NCBI GenBank assembly: GCA_963708135.1
Contig: OY970192.1
Location: 1,664,001 to 1,728,000 of the forward strand
Origin: an uncultured Gemmatimonadales bacterium
Lineage (GTDB): Bacteria; Gemmatimonadota; Gemmatimonadetes; Longimicrobiales; RSA9
Length of the DNA: 64,000 bases
Reading direction: 5' to 3'
The translations under genes and the position numbers were made by a program. Below the pieces are notes generated by a model. It saw nothing but the letters and a program-made list of their open reading frames with translations, did no database searches and was not told the DNA's origin. Numbering within the stretch: the first letter of the stretch is position 1; every line of letters begins with the position of its first letter. Of this stretch, positions 9,559 to 18,814 are shown piece after piece.

Positions 9559-10002
9559 TCACGGCTGCTTCCCGAAATTCCGCACGATCTCCCGCAGCGC
9601 CGCCACCACCGCCGGCTTGCTGGCCAGGTCCGGATTGCCCACCATCATCGCGCTCCGGCCGACCGCGGACCCACCATAGACGATCGCCGTCTCGATCTCC
9701 TTGTCCGTCACGCTGTCCTGCCACGCCTTGTCGTGGTAGTTGCGCGGCGGCGGCACCAGCGACGCCGCCCCCGGCCCGTCGCCGTGGCCGGTCGGGCCGT
9801 GACACGCCGCGCACCGCGTCGAGAAGATCTGCTGCGCCTCCTGCCGCGCCGCCGGCGTGATCTCGGCCGTCTGCGCCTCCGCCGAAGGCGACGCGGCCGC
9901 CTCCGACCCGCTCGACGCCTGCTGATTCCCGCCACCGCACGCCGCCAGCGCCGCCGTCCCCAGCATCGCCAGCAACCAGGTCATCCCTCGTCCCGCGTTC
10001 AT
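9559..10002 (-). CDS. Monoheme c-type cytochrome lipoprotein (probable NosZ electron donor)
   Basis: LAAC lipobox, CAACHG heme motif, GDGP..PPPRN, distal Met in SAMM. Confidence 0.88.
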   Translation of the reverse strand: MNAGRGMTWLLAMLGTAALAACGGGNQQASSGSEAAASPSAEAQTAEITPAARQEAQQIFSTRCAACHGPTGHGDGPGAASLVPPPRNYHDKAWQDSVTDKEIETAIVYGGSAVGRSAMMVGNPDLASKPAVVAALREIVRNFGKQP

Positions 10003-10257
10003 GGTCTCTCCCGCGTCTCGTTACATGTCCGCCGCGGCGCTCGGCCGCAGATTCGCCCGTCGTGCCCGCCCCGCCCCAGCTTTCGCGCCCCCTCCCGTCG
10101 TGTGACCCAAAGCTACGGGGTCCCTCGCGGCCGGAAATCGGAATTCCTCATGATTCTATGCGGTATATTCCCCTACGCTGCTCCTACGGCCGTGGGGCTC
10201 AGCCCTACACGGGGCGGCCGCGCGCACCGAATATCCGGGCGCCGGAGTGGATCGCGC

Positions 10258-10273
10258 TGTGACGGATGTCACT
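10258..10273. promoter_or_regulatory. CRP/FNR-family box TGTGA-N6-TCACT
   Basis: TGTGACGGATGTCACT, 9/10 match to TGTGA-N6-TCACA, in the divergent intergenic region between the nos operon and the Crp/Fnr operon. Confidence 0.6.
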
Positions 10274-10494
10274 TGTGGGGCCGGGCGCCGGCGGCCGGGC
10301 ACGCCGCCTCTCGTGGTGGGCTCCCGGTCACCGGGTTCTCCCTACACGAGTTCCCGGGTTTGCCCCACAGACCGTGGGCGCGCAGGGCTTAGGTTGGGAA
10401 AGACGATATGCGTATGCGAAACTCGACTTCCACGTGCGTGCGCGCGCCGCGGGTTCGTTGGACGCCGGCCGGGCGCGCGGAAAGGAGATCGACC

Positions 10495-10875
10495 ATGGCC
10501 AGCATCGACCGACCGCTGGGCGGGGATGCCCTGGTGTTTCACCTGGAGGCCGAGCAGAAGGCCGCGGAGAGTCCCGAGATCCTGGCCCGGAGCGGGCGGA
10601 CGGCGCGCACGCTGGTGAAGGACCAGTCGCTGCGGGTATCCGTCCACCTGCTCGCCGCCGGGGGCGCGATCGCGGAGCACCATGCGGAGGGACCGATCAC
10701 GGTTCAGGTGCTCCGCGGCGGCATGACCTTCCGGGCGGCGGGAAGCGAATACCAGCTGCGAGCGGGCGATCTGCTGGCGCTCGATGCGGGGGTCACGCAC
10801 TCGGTGTCGTCGGAGGAGGGGTCGGCGTTCCTGCTGACGCTCTCGCTTCCCGCGGCGGCACAGGCGCCAGCCTGA
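10495..10875 (+). CDS. Cupin domain protein
   Basis: GRTARTLVK...EHHAEGPITVQVLRG...LDAGVTHSV; AAGGAG RBS. Confidence 0.85.
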   Translation: MASIDRPLGGDALVFHLEAEQKAAESPEILARSGRTARTLVKDQSLRVSVHLLAAGGAIAEHHAEGPITVQVLRGGMTFRAAGSEYQLRAGDLLALDAGVTHSVSSEEGSAFLLTLSLPAAAQAPA

Positions 10876-10888
10876 GGGAGGAGACGGC

Positions 10889-11344
10889 GTGTACACGCTG
10901 GTTCGACGCTTCATCAAGACGGGGATCGGGTTTCTGTTCGCGGGGATCGCGCTCGGCATCTGGATGCTGGTGCGGCGCGAGCTCTGGGGCATCTGGCCGA
11001 ACGCGTACCTGGTGTCGGCGCACGCGCACGCGGTCTTCGTGGGGTTCGTGATGTTCCTGATCCTGGGAGTGGCGCTGTGGCTGTTCCCGCGGGCGGAGAA
11101 GGGGGACGCGCGCTACCGGCCTGGGCGGATCGAGGCGAGCTACTGGCTGCTGGCGGCATCGACGCTGGCTCGCTTCCTGGCGGAGGCGGCGCGCTCCGCG
11201 AGCGGCGCGCGCTGGCTCGCGTGGACGGTCGTGGCGGGCGGCATCGGGCAGGCGGTGGGGCTGGGCCTCTACTTCTGGACCATGTGGCCACGCATCCGGC
11301 CGGTCGGGAGCCACCTGCGCGAGGCGAAGGGAGAGAGGTTCTAA
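10889..11344 (+). CDS. Small four-TM protein resembling one repeat of heme-copper oxidase subunit I / NnrS-like
   Basis: SAHAHAVFVGFVMFLILGVALWLFPR motif; four hydrophobic segments; co-transcribed with a Crp/Fnr regulator. Confidence 0.65.
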   Translation: MYTLVRRFIKTGIGFLFAGIALGIWMLVRRELWGIWPNAYLVSAHAHAVFVGFVMFLILGVALWLFPRAEKGDARYRPGRIEASYWLLAASTLARFLAEAARSASGARWLAWTVVAGGIGQAVGLGLYFWTMWPRIRPVGSHLREAKGERF

Positions 11345-12066
11345 TGGACCGAATGCGGAGTACGGTGAGCACGGACCCGGCGGAGCGGGTGCTGCGCGGG
11401 CTGTCCCTGTTCCGCTCGCTGGACGCGGAGGCGCTGGGGGAGGTGGCGGCGCGGACGATCCAGCGCGGGGTCGCGCGCGGCGCCACGTTGTTCCGGGAGG
11501 GGCAGCCGTGCCAGGGGCTGTACGTGGTGGTCGAGGGCAGCATCAAGGTGTACCGCGCATCGGCCGACGGCCGCGAGCAGGTGCTGCACGTGATGGGGCC
11601 CGGGCAGCCGATCGCGGAGGTGCCACTGTTCGACGGAGGCCCCTACCCTGCCTCGGCGCAGGCGCTCGAGCCGTCGCAGGTGCTCTTCCTCGGCTTGGAC
11701 TCCTTCCGCTGGCTCTACGCGCACAACCCGGCGGTGGCGGACACGGTGATCCGCGAGCTGGGGCGGCGGCTGCGGCGGATGGTCCGGCTGGTGGAGCGGA
11801 TCTCGCTGCGCGACGTCCCGGCACGCGTGGCCGCCGCGCTTCTCGACTATGCGGAGGGGGCGGACGCGCGGCGGGCGGGCGGCACGTTCTCGCTGCCGCG
11901 GACGCAGGAGGCGCTGGCGGGCGAGCTGGCCACCACCCGGGAGAGCATCGCCCGTGCGCTGGGCACGCTGCGGCGCGAGGGGATCATCCTGCAGGAGGGG
12001 AAGCGCGTCGTGATCCGCGACCTCGGCCGGCTGGCGGCACGCGCGCGCGGCGAATCGGCGACCTGA
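11344..12066 (+). CDS. Crp/Fnr family transcriptional regulator
   Basis: cNMP-binding-like domain (LFREGQ..GLYVVVEGSIKVY..GREQVL..EVPLFDGGPYPASA), HTH TQEALAGELATTRESIAR; no N-terminal FNR Cys cluster. Confidence 0.93.
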   Translation: MDRMRSTVSTDPAERVLRGLSLFRSLDAEALGEVAARTIQRGVARGATLFREGQPCQGLYVVVEGSIKVYRASADGREQVLHVMGPGQPIAEVPLFDGGPYPASAQALEPSQVLFLGLDSFRWLYAHNPAVADTVIRELGRRLRRMVRLVERISLRDVPARVAAALLDYAEGADARRAGGTFSLPRTQEALAGELATTRESIARALGTLRREGIILQEGKRVVIRDLGRLAARARGESAT

Positions 12067-12133
12067 CGCGGCGCCCCTTCGTCGCCCGTCGGGCACGGGC
12101 ACGTTGGCGTGAGGGGTCGCCGCCCCGCTTCGG

Positions 12134-13969
12134 TCAAGCGGCGCCGTGGCCGGCGAGGAGGCGACGGAACCATCCCTGCTCGCGGACGCCCTCCCGGCGC
12201 ACCCGGTCGAGCGCGGCGGCGATCGCCTCCTGTGCGTCGAGCCAGCCGACCGGGCGGCCGGGCTCTTCGCGGCGGACCACCGGCACCTGCTCTATCTGGA
12301 GGTCGGCCATGCGGACCATCGCGTCCCAGAGCCGCTCGTCCGGGTGCGCCACCGACAGCCCGCGTGTGCCGGCATCCAGCACGGTTGCCTGCCATTGCCC
12401 ACCGGCCACGGCGCGGACCAGATCACCGTACGTGATGATGCCCGCGAGCATTCCATCGGGGCCGAGGATGGGGAACGCATCACGGGCGGTTGAGGGCTCG
12501 GCCGGCGGGTTCGTAGCGTCCCTGCGGGGCGGGATCCGCTCCAGCAGCGCGGCGACCGTCATTGCCGCCTCGACGCCGGGCGGCGGCTCGCGCATGACCT
12601 CCTCGACCTTGAAGCGCTTGAGCAGATCCACCTCGAACTCCTGGTGCACGTCGACGCCGCGTTCGGCCAGCTCCGTCGTCATCAGGTCGGACGTCATCGT
12701 CTTCTTCACGAACAGGTCGGCCACGGCCGCGACCAGGAACACCGGCAGGATCGCGCCGAACTGACCGGTCACTTCCAGCGCGAAGAGCGTGAAGCCCAGG
12801 GTGGCATTGCACAGGACGCCGAACAGCACGCCCATGCTGGCGAGCGCGAAGAGCGGGACCGGCAGGTGGAGGCCGGGGATCAGGGCGTTCGTGGCGTGCG
12901 CGAAGACGTTGCCGATCGCGGCGCCGGCCACGAAGGCCGGTGCCAGGAACCCGCCCGACGTCTTGGAGCCGAGGGTGATGGTGACCCCCACGAGCTTGAA
13001 GACCATCACCGTGAGCACCAGTCCGGCGGCGAGCTGGTTGTTGAGGATCTCGCGGATGACGCTGTAGCCCACACCGAACGCCCGCGGCACCATCAGGCCC
13101 ATGAAACCGAAAGCCAGGCCGCCGAGCGCCGGCAGCACCACGTCGCTTACCGGAATGCGGTGGATGAGCCGCTCGGCCGCGAAGTAGCCTCCCTTGAACA
13201 CGGCGGCGGTCGCGCCCACGAGCACCCCGAGGAGCACCAGAAACGGCAGGGCCCGGAACACGTCGGGTGACGTGATGGCGGGCATCGTGAACATCGGCCC
13301 GGTGCCGATGAGCAGATGACGCGCCCAGGTGGCCACGATGGATGCGACCGTGATGGGGATGAACGACCGGGCACGGAACTCGAACACGAGCAGCTCGATC
13401 GCCACCAGGATGGCCGCCAGGGGCGTGTTGAAGGTCGCGGCCATCCCGGCTGCCGCCCCGGCCGCGAGCATGACCTTTCGCTCCTCGGCGCTCGCGGTGA
13501 CCCACTGCCCGACCACCGAGCCCATGGCGCCGCCGCCCTGGATGATGGGTCCCTCGACTCCGAAGGGGGCGCCCGTCCCGATCGCGAGGGCGGCGGAGAA
13601 CGGCTTCAGGAAGTAGATCCGGGGCCGGACACGACTGAAGTTGGTCCAGACCGCCTCCATCGCCTCGGGAATCCCGTGGCCGATGATCCGGCGGGAGCCG
13701 TAGCGCGCGAGGATCCCGCACGCGAGCCCGCCCAGCGCCGGCACGAACACGATCCACCAGGGGAGGCCCGCGTGGGGCGGCTCCACGAACGCCACGGACA
13801 GGCGCTGATAGAAGAAGAAGTTGTAGAGGAACCCGATGAGGTGGTACACGAGGAAGGCCGTGACCGCGGCGATCACGCCGATCGCGCCGGCCAGAATCGC
13901 GACCCAGGTCAGCCGGAACGGATCGACCTCCGTTCCCGAGGCCGCCGACCCACCGAGTGAAGCCGTCAT
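12134..13969 (-). CDS. ClC chloride channel/antiporter with C-terminal CBS pair
   Basis: GHGIPE, GVEGP, GAAAGMAATFNTP, GGFLAP, CBS domains; GGAG RBS. Confidence 0.92.
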   Translation of the reverse strand: MTASLGGSAASGTEVDPFRLTWVAILAGAIGVIAAVTAFLVYHLIGFLYNFFFYQRLSVAFVEPPHAGLPWWIVFVPALGGLACGILARYGSRRIIGHGIPEAMEAVWTNFSRVRPRIYFLKPFSAALAIGTGAPFGVEGPIIQGGGAMGSVVGQWVTASAEERKVMLAAGAAAGMAATFNTPLAAILVAIELLVFEFRARSFIPITVASIVATWARHLLIGTGPMFTMPAITSPDVFRALPFLVLLGVLVGATAAVFKGGYFAAERLIHRIPVSDVVLPALGGLAFGFMGLMVPRAFGVGYSVIREILNNQLAAGLVLTVMVFKLVGVTITLGSKTSGGFLAPAFVAGAAIGNVFAHATNALIPGLHLPVPLFALASMGVLFGVLCNATLGFTLFALEVTGQFGAILPVFLVAAVADLFVKKTMTSDLMTTELAERGVDVHQEFEVDLLKRFKVEEVMREPPPGVEAAMTVAALLERIPPRRDATNPPAEPSTARDAFPILGPDGMLAGIITYGDLVRAVAGGQWQATVLDAGTRGLSVAHPDERLWDAMVRMADLQIEQVPVVRREEPGRPVGWLDAQEAIAAALDRVRREGVREQGWFRRLLAGHGAA

Positions 13970-14166
13970 TCGATTTCTCCAGGCGCGCCGGGCCCCCGCC
14001 GCGGCATCGGGGCGGCTCCTGCGCGCTCGATGCACGGATGAACCCCTCGCGCCCGCGGCCGAGGCCCGGCGGAGAGGTGGCATGTCTGCAATGAACGGGC
14101 TGTAGAGTGAGCCGCCGCCGGCAGGCGGTCAAGAGAGCACTGGCACAGCCACGCGCGCGTCCCGGC

Positions 14167-16830
14167 TCAGTCCGCCCGCAGCGCCACCAGCGGGTCGCTT
14201 CGTGCCGCGCGGCGGGCGGGCAGGTAGACTGACGCGGCGGCCAGGGCGAGCAGCGCCCCGGCGAGGGTGGCGTAAACCACCGGGTCGGTGGGGCTCACGC
14301 CGTAGAGCAGCGAGCCGAGCCAGCGTGTGGTGAGGAGCGCCGCCAGGGTCCCCGCCGCAACGCCGCCGGCCGCCAGCGTCATCCCCTCGCCGAGCACCAT
14401 GCGCACGAGGCCGCCGGGCTGCGCGCCGACGGCCAGGCGGACGCCGAACTCCCGGTGGCGCGTGGTGACGTAGAGCGACATGACGCCGTAGATGCCGACG
14501 CTCGCCAGCACCGCCGCCAGCAGCGCGAACGCCATGAGCAGCAGCTCGGTGATACGGCGGGTGTCGAGCGAGCGGCCGACCCAGTCGTCGAGGGTCCGGA
14601 CGTTGTCGAGCGGGATGCCCGGCTCGATGGCGGCGACGGTGCGGCGCACGGCGGCGATGGCGGGGGCGGCGTCGCCTTCGGTGCGCACCGCCAGCACCGG
14701 ACGGGGGCCCGGCACCTGCGCGAACGGGAAGTAGGTGTGCGGCCGCGGCGGCTCGGCGGCATCCTCGTCGCGGACGCTCCCGGCCACTCCGACGATCGTC
14801 AACCACGTGCTGTCGCCGGTGAGGCGCACGCGCTTGCCCAGCGCGCCGGCGCCCTTCCAGTAGCGCGCCGCCAGCGCCTCGTCCACGATCGTGACTCGCA
14901 GCGATCCGGCGCGGTCGCGGTCGTCGAAGTCGCGGCCGTAGCGCAGCGGAATGCGCAGCGTGCGGAAGTAACCGGGCCCGACCGCGACCTGCACGGTCTG
15001 CGTCTCCATGCCGGTGCTCGCGGGCGGCGCGTGCCCCTCCACCAGGTAGCCGTCCGTGTTCACGCTGCCGCTGAACGGCAGCGTCGCGGCGATGGCGGCG
15101 TCGCGCACGCCCCTGAGCTCCCGGACGCGGTCCACGATCTCGGAAGTGGTGGCGACGACGGCCGTGTCGCCGGCGTATTTCACGGCGGGCAGCGGCAGCG
15201 CGACGACGGTCACGCCGTCCGGCTCGAACCCGAGCCGCGTGGCGGCCAGGTTGTGGAAGCTCCGGAGCACGAGGCCCGCGGAGATGAGCAGCACCACCGC
15301 CAGCCCGAGCTGCGCCACGATCAGCGCCGCGTTGAAGCGACGCGCCGCCGTGCGCACGCCGCCCCGCTCGGCGCCCGCCAGGTGCTCCGCGACTCGCCCG
15401 CGCGCCAGACCCGCCGCGGGCGCGGCGCCGAAGGCCACGCCGGCCGCGATCGACGTGCCGAGGGTGAACGCGAGCACGCGCCAGCTCACCCGCACATCGC
15501 CAAGGCGCGGCAGAGACACGGCGGGGGAATGCGTGATCACGTGCACGAGCGCGAACGCCAGCCCCACGCCCACGGCCCCGCCCAGCAGCGCCAGGGCGAC
15601 GCTTTCCGTCAGCAGCTGCCGCAGCACCCGCCGGCCCGTGGCGCCCAGCGCGCTGCGCAGCGCCATCTCGCGCCCGCGGCTCGCTGCCCGGCTCGAGAGC
15701 AGCATCGCGATGTTCGCCACCGCGATCAGCAGGATCAGGAGCACCGCCGCCTGCAGCACCTCGAGCGGCCGCCGGACCTCGCCGGTGAGCGCCGCCCGCA
15801 GCGGCTCGACCACCGTGGTCATGCGCGTCTCGCGCGGGTCCGTGCCCCCGTGGAACAGGTCCTTCCGGCCGGCCGCCCAGTCCCACATCACCTCCCGCGA
15901 CGCACGGCGCACCCCCGACAGCGTGGCGCCGGGCGCCAACCGGCCAACCCCCGTCATGTACCACCCGAAGCGACGGCTCGGGTCGAGCCCGAGCGGCAGA
16001 TACGCCTGCGCGTCGGGACGCGGGTAGTCGAAGCCGGCCGGCATCACGCCGATCACGCGCGTGGGCTGCCCATCCAGCACGATCGTCTTCCCGAGCACCG
16101 ACGCGCGCCCGCCGAACTCCGCCTGCCACAGGCCGTAGGAGAGCACCGCCACGTGCGCGGGGTCCGGCGTGTCCTCCGAGCGCCCGAGCGTCCGCCCGAT
16201 CAGGGGACTCACGCCCAGCACCGTGAAGAAGTCGCCCGTCGCGCGTACCACGCTCAGGCGCTGCGGCCGCCCGCCCGAGACGTAGGTGGCGCCCCGCAGC
16301 GCAAACGCCGCGAACGACTGCAGGCCATGCACACGGTCGCGGTACATCACCACGTTCTCCGGCGAGAGCGCCCAGCTGTCCAGACCGATCTCCGGGTACG
16401 CCTGCCGCAGCTGCACCAGCCGCTCCGCGTGCGGATACGGCAGCGGCCGCAGCAGGATGCCGTCCACCAGGCTGAAGATCGCCGACGTCGCGCCGATCCC
16501 GAGCGCCAGCGTCACCACCGCGAGCGCCGTGAACGCTGGCGCGCGCCGCATGCCCCGTAGCGCCAGCCGGAGATCCGACCCGATCGACTTCAGCCACCCC
16601 ATCATGCGCACCTCCCGCGCGTACGACCGATCAATGGCGACGCACTCCGCGCGAATCCGCGCCGCGTCCCCGAAGCGCTCCGCCGCGACCTCCCGCGCGC
16701 GCCCCGGCTCCACCCCCTCGCTCCGCAGCCGCGCCTCCCGCATGGCCAGGTGAAACGCGATCTCCTCCTCCACGTCCCGCTCCGGCGAGCCCAGCCGGAA
16801 CAGCCGCCGCCAACCCGGAGCCCGGCTCAC
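14167..16830 (-). CDS. ADOP-type duplicated MacB/FtsX ABC permease
   Basis: DVEEEIAFHL prefix, TLALGIGATSAIFS, two FtsX domains (REMALRSALGA; REFGVRLAVGA), ends DPLVALRAD; GTG overlaps the PadR stop. Confidence 0.92.
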   Translation of the reverse strand: MSRAPGWRRLFRLGSPERDVEEEIAFHLAMREARLRSEGVEPGRAREVAAERFGDAARIRAECVAIDRSYAREVRMMGWLKSIGSDLRLALRGMRRAPAFTALAVVTLALGIGATSAIFSLVDGILLRPLPYPHAERLVQLRQAYPEIGLDSWALSPENVVMYRDRVHGLQSFAAFALRGATYVSGGRPQRLSVVRATGDFFTVLGVSPLIGRTLGRSEDTPDPAHVAVLSYGLWQAEFGGRASVLGKTIVLDGQPTRVIGVMPAGFDYPRPDAQAYLPLGLDPSRRFGWYMTGVGRLAPGATLSGVRRASREVMWDWAAGRKDLFHGGTDPRETRMTTVVEPLRAALTGEVRRPLEVLQAAVLLILLIAVANIAMLLSSRAASRGREMALRSALGATGRRVLRQLLTESVALALLGGAVGVGLAFALVHVITHSPAVSLPRLGDVRVSWRVLAFTLGTSIAAGVAFGAAPAAGLARGRVAEHLAGAERGGVRTAARRFNAALIVAQLGLAVVLLISAGLVLRSFHNLAATRLGFEPDGVTVVALPLPAVKYAGDTAVVATTSEIVDRVRELRGVRDAAIAATLPFSGSVNTDGYLVEGHAPPASTGMETQTVQVAVGPGYFRTLRIPLRYGRDFDDRDRAGSLRVTIVDEALAARYWKGAGALGKRVRLTGDSTWLTIVGVAGSVRDEDAAEPPRPHTYFPFAQVPGPRPVLAVRTEGDAAPAIAAVRRTVAAIEPGIPLDNVRTLDDWVGRSLDTRRITELLLMAFALLAAVLASVGIYGVMSLYVTTRHREFGVRLAVGAQPGGLVRMVLGEGMTLAAGGVAAGTLAALLTTRWLGSLLYGVSPTDPVVYATLAGALLALAAASVYLPARRAARSDPLVALRAD

Positions 16831-17174
16831 GGCAGCGCCGGCGAGGTCCGGCGCAGCGCCGCCGCGATCGCTTCCGCGTGCCGGTGCCACACCGGCGCCT
16901 CCGCCCGGAAGCGCGCCTCCCCCTCCACCGTCAGCTCGTAGAACCTGGCGCGCCGATTGTTCTCCGAGACCCCCCACTCCGAGCGCAGCCACCCCCGCCG
17001 CTCCAGCCGGTGCAGCGCCGGGTAGAGCGTCCCCTCCTCCAGCAGCATCGTCTCCTCCGTCGCCCCGCCGATCCACTCGCTGATCCCGTAGCCGTGCATC
17101 GGCCCCCAGCCGAGCGCCTTCAGGATCAGCAGGTCGATGCTGCTTCGCAGCAGGTCGGAACCCGTATCGGCCAT
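16827..17174 (-). CDS. PadR family transcriptional regulator (ADOP-associated)
   Basis: DLLILKAL..GPMHGYGI..EEGTLYPALHRLE..SEWGVSENNRRARFYELT. Confidence 0.93.
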   Translation of the reverse strand: MADTGSDLLRSSIDLLILKALGWGPMHGYGISEWIGGATEETMLLEEGTLYPALHRLERRGWLRSEWGVSENNRRARFYELTVEGEARFRAEAPVWHRHAEAIAAALRRTSPALP

Positions 17175-17186
17175 CGCACCTCTCTC

Positions 17187-17203
17187 CCCTTGCGTGACAA
17201 GGG
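17187..17203. promoter_or_regulatory. Palindromic operator, probable PadR autoregulatory site
   Basis: CCCTTG-CGTGA-CAAGGG perfect inverted repeat adjoining the padR RBS. Confidence 0.55.
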
Positions 17204-17213
17204 AAGGTAATAC

Positions 17214-17269
17214 GGGCAACGGCGGCGGGCAACGGCGGCGGGCAACGGCGGCGGGCAACGGCGGCGGGC
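17214..17269. repeat. 13-bp tandem repeat (GGGCAACGGCGGC), four copies plus a partial
   Basis: Four exact consecutive copies at 17214-17265, followed by GGGC. Confidence 0.9.
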
Positions 17270-17460
17270 TCGAGGCGAGGGGCGGTGCCGCGAGTGCCGC
17301 ACCCTGGCGGCTGTCCCGACCAGCCATGGGCGGGCCCCGGCCGCGGCCGTATGCTCGGCGCGGGAAAGGCGGGCAACGGTGACGACGGCGGAACGGCGGC
17401 GGCACGGGAACGGGCGTGGCGGCCAGCCGCGCGACCCGGCCCTGGCCGAAGGGAGGACTC

Positions 17461-18459
17461 ATGGACGAGAGGGAGCGAGACGGCCCGACGGCGCGGATCC
17501 GCGCCGTCGCGGCCAGCCAGCGCGGGATCGTGACGCGCGGGCAGCTCATCGCGTGCGGCCTCTCTCCCGCGGCGGTGGGGCGTCGGGTGGCGGAGGGCTA
17601 CCTGCGGGCGCTGCACCGCGGCGTCTACCTGCTGGGGCCGCTCGAGCCGGCCCGGGCGAGAGAGCTGGCCGCCGTCCCCGCCGGAGGGCCCGCGGCCCTG
17701 CTGAGCCATACCTCCGCGGGTCGGCTGCGTGAGATGCTTTCCACCGCCCAGGCGTGCGGTCCGGTGCACGTCACCGTGCCGGGGAGCGGCCGCGGCCGGC
17801 GGGCGGGGATCGTGTTCCACCGGGTGAAACGGCTGAAGGAAGATGAGCGTGCGACCCTGGACGGCATCCCGGTCACATCACCCGGCCGCACGCTGCTCGA
17901 CCTCGCCCGGATGCTCGGCCCCCGGGAGCTCGAGCGGGCCGCCGCGGCGGCGGAACGGGCGGGGCTGATTCGCAGCGGCGAGCTTGCGGCTCTCCCGGAC
18001 CGCTACCACGGCCGGCCGGGGAGCGGGGTCCTCGGCTCGGTCCTCGGCGTCGCCGAGGGCCCTGCGCTGACCCGCTCCGAGGCGGAGCGGCGCTGCCTGG
18101 AGCTGCTCCGGTCGGCCGGGCTCCCGATGCCCCACGCCAACGTCCCCGTCGGGCCGTACGAGCTGGACCTCTTCTGGCCGCGGGAGGGCGTCGCCCTGGA
18201 GATCGACGGGCACGCCTACCACTCCTCCCGCTCCCGATTCGAGGGCGACCGCCGGAAGGACAGCTGGCTTCGTGCCCGCGGTATCGAGGTGATCCGGCTG
18301 AGCTGGCGGCAGATCACGCGGGATGCCATGGCGACCGCGGTGGAGGTCGGGCAGATCCTCGCGCTGGCGCGGGCCTTCCGGCCCGGTGGCCGAGAGGATT
18401 CTCGACCGAGTGCAGCGGGCGCGCCGCGAACTCGATCTTTCGATCGCCACGCGAGATGA
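17461..18459 (+). CDS. AbiEi-like N-terminal domain / DUF559 endonuclease-domain protein
   Basis: QRGIVTRGQL..LHRGVY, LSHTSA, VTSPGRTLLDLA, TRSEAERR, ELDLFW..LEIDG.AYH..DRRKD. Confidence 0.85.
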   Translation: MDERERDGPTARIRAVAASQRGIVTRGQLIACGLSPAAVGRRVAEGYLRALHRGVYLLGPLEPARARELAAVPAGGPAALLSHTSAGRLREMLSTAQACGPVHVTVPGSGRGRRAGIVFHRVKRLKEDERATLDGIPVTSPGRTLLDLARMLGPRELERAAAAAERAGLIRSGELAALPDRYHGRPGSGVLGSVLGVAEGPALTRSEAERRCLELLRSAGLPMPHANVPVGPYELDLFWPREGVALEIDGHAYHSSRSRFEGDRRKDSWLRARGIEVIRLSWRQITRDAMATAVEVGQILALARAFRPGGREDSRPSAAGAPRTRSFDRHAR

Positions 18460-18814
18460 ATATCGCGGCGGCGCGGCGGCTGACAGGTCGCGTACGAGAT
18501 ACATCTCGCCAGGCGAGACAAAGCTGGATCCCGCGCGGGGGAGGGCCGTACCGAACGAGATTTCGATCGCCGGCGCCGGGTCGGGAGCGGCCCACGCGGT
18601 GCTCGTGCTCGCGGGGTGAGGGCCATGCCGGGGGTGGACCGCCGCGGCGCGGCGCCGCCGCGGGGGTGGCGCCGGTCGGCCATACCGGGCGCGGCGAGGT
18701 CCGGACGCCGCGCCGATCCGGCCCGCCAACCGCCGCGGCGAGGGTCCGGCCGGCGGGCGCCGGGCCGATCGCCGCCCGGGCGCCGGGCTGCGCCGGGCGG
18801 CGGCGAACGCCCGC

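Noticed and set aside
9485..9940. 152-aa N-terminal extension of NosZ in the ORF track (possible cytochrome fusion)
   Set aside because: The cytochrome is in another frame with its own stop, and nosZ has a strong RBS and signal peptide at 9484.
17214..17269. Possible CRISPR array
   Set aside because: Contiguous 13-bp units with no spacers and no cas genes.
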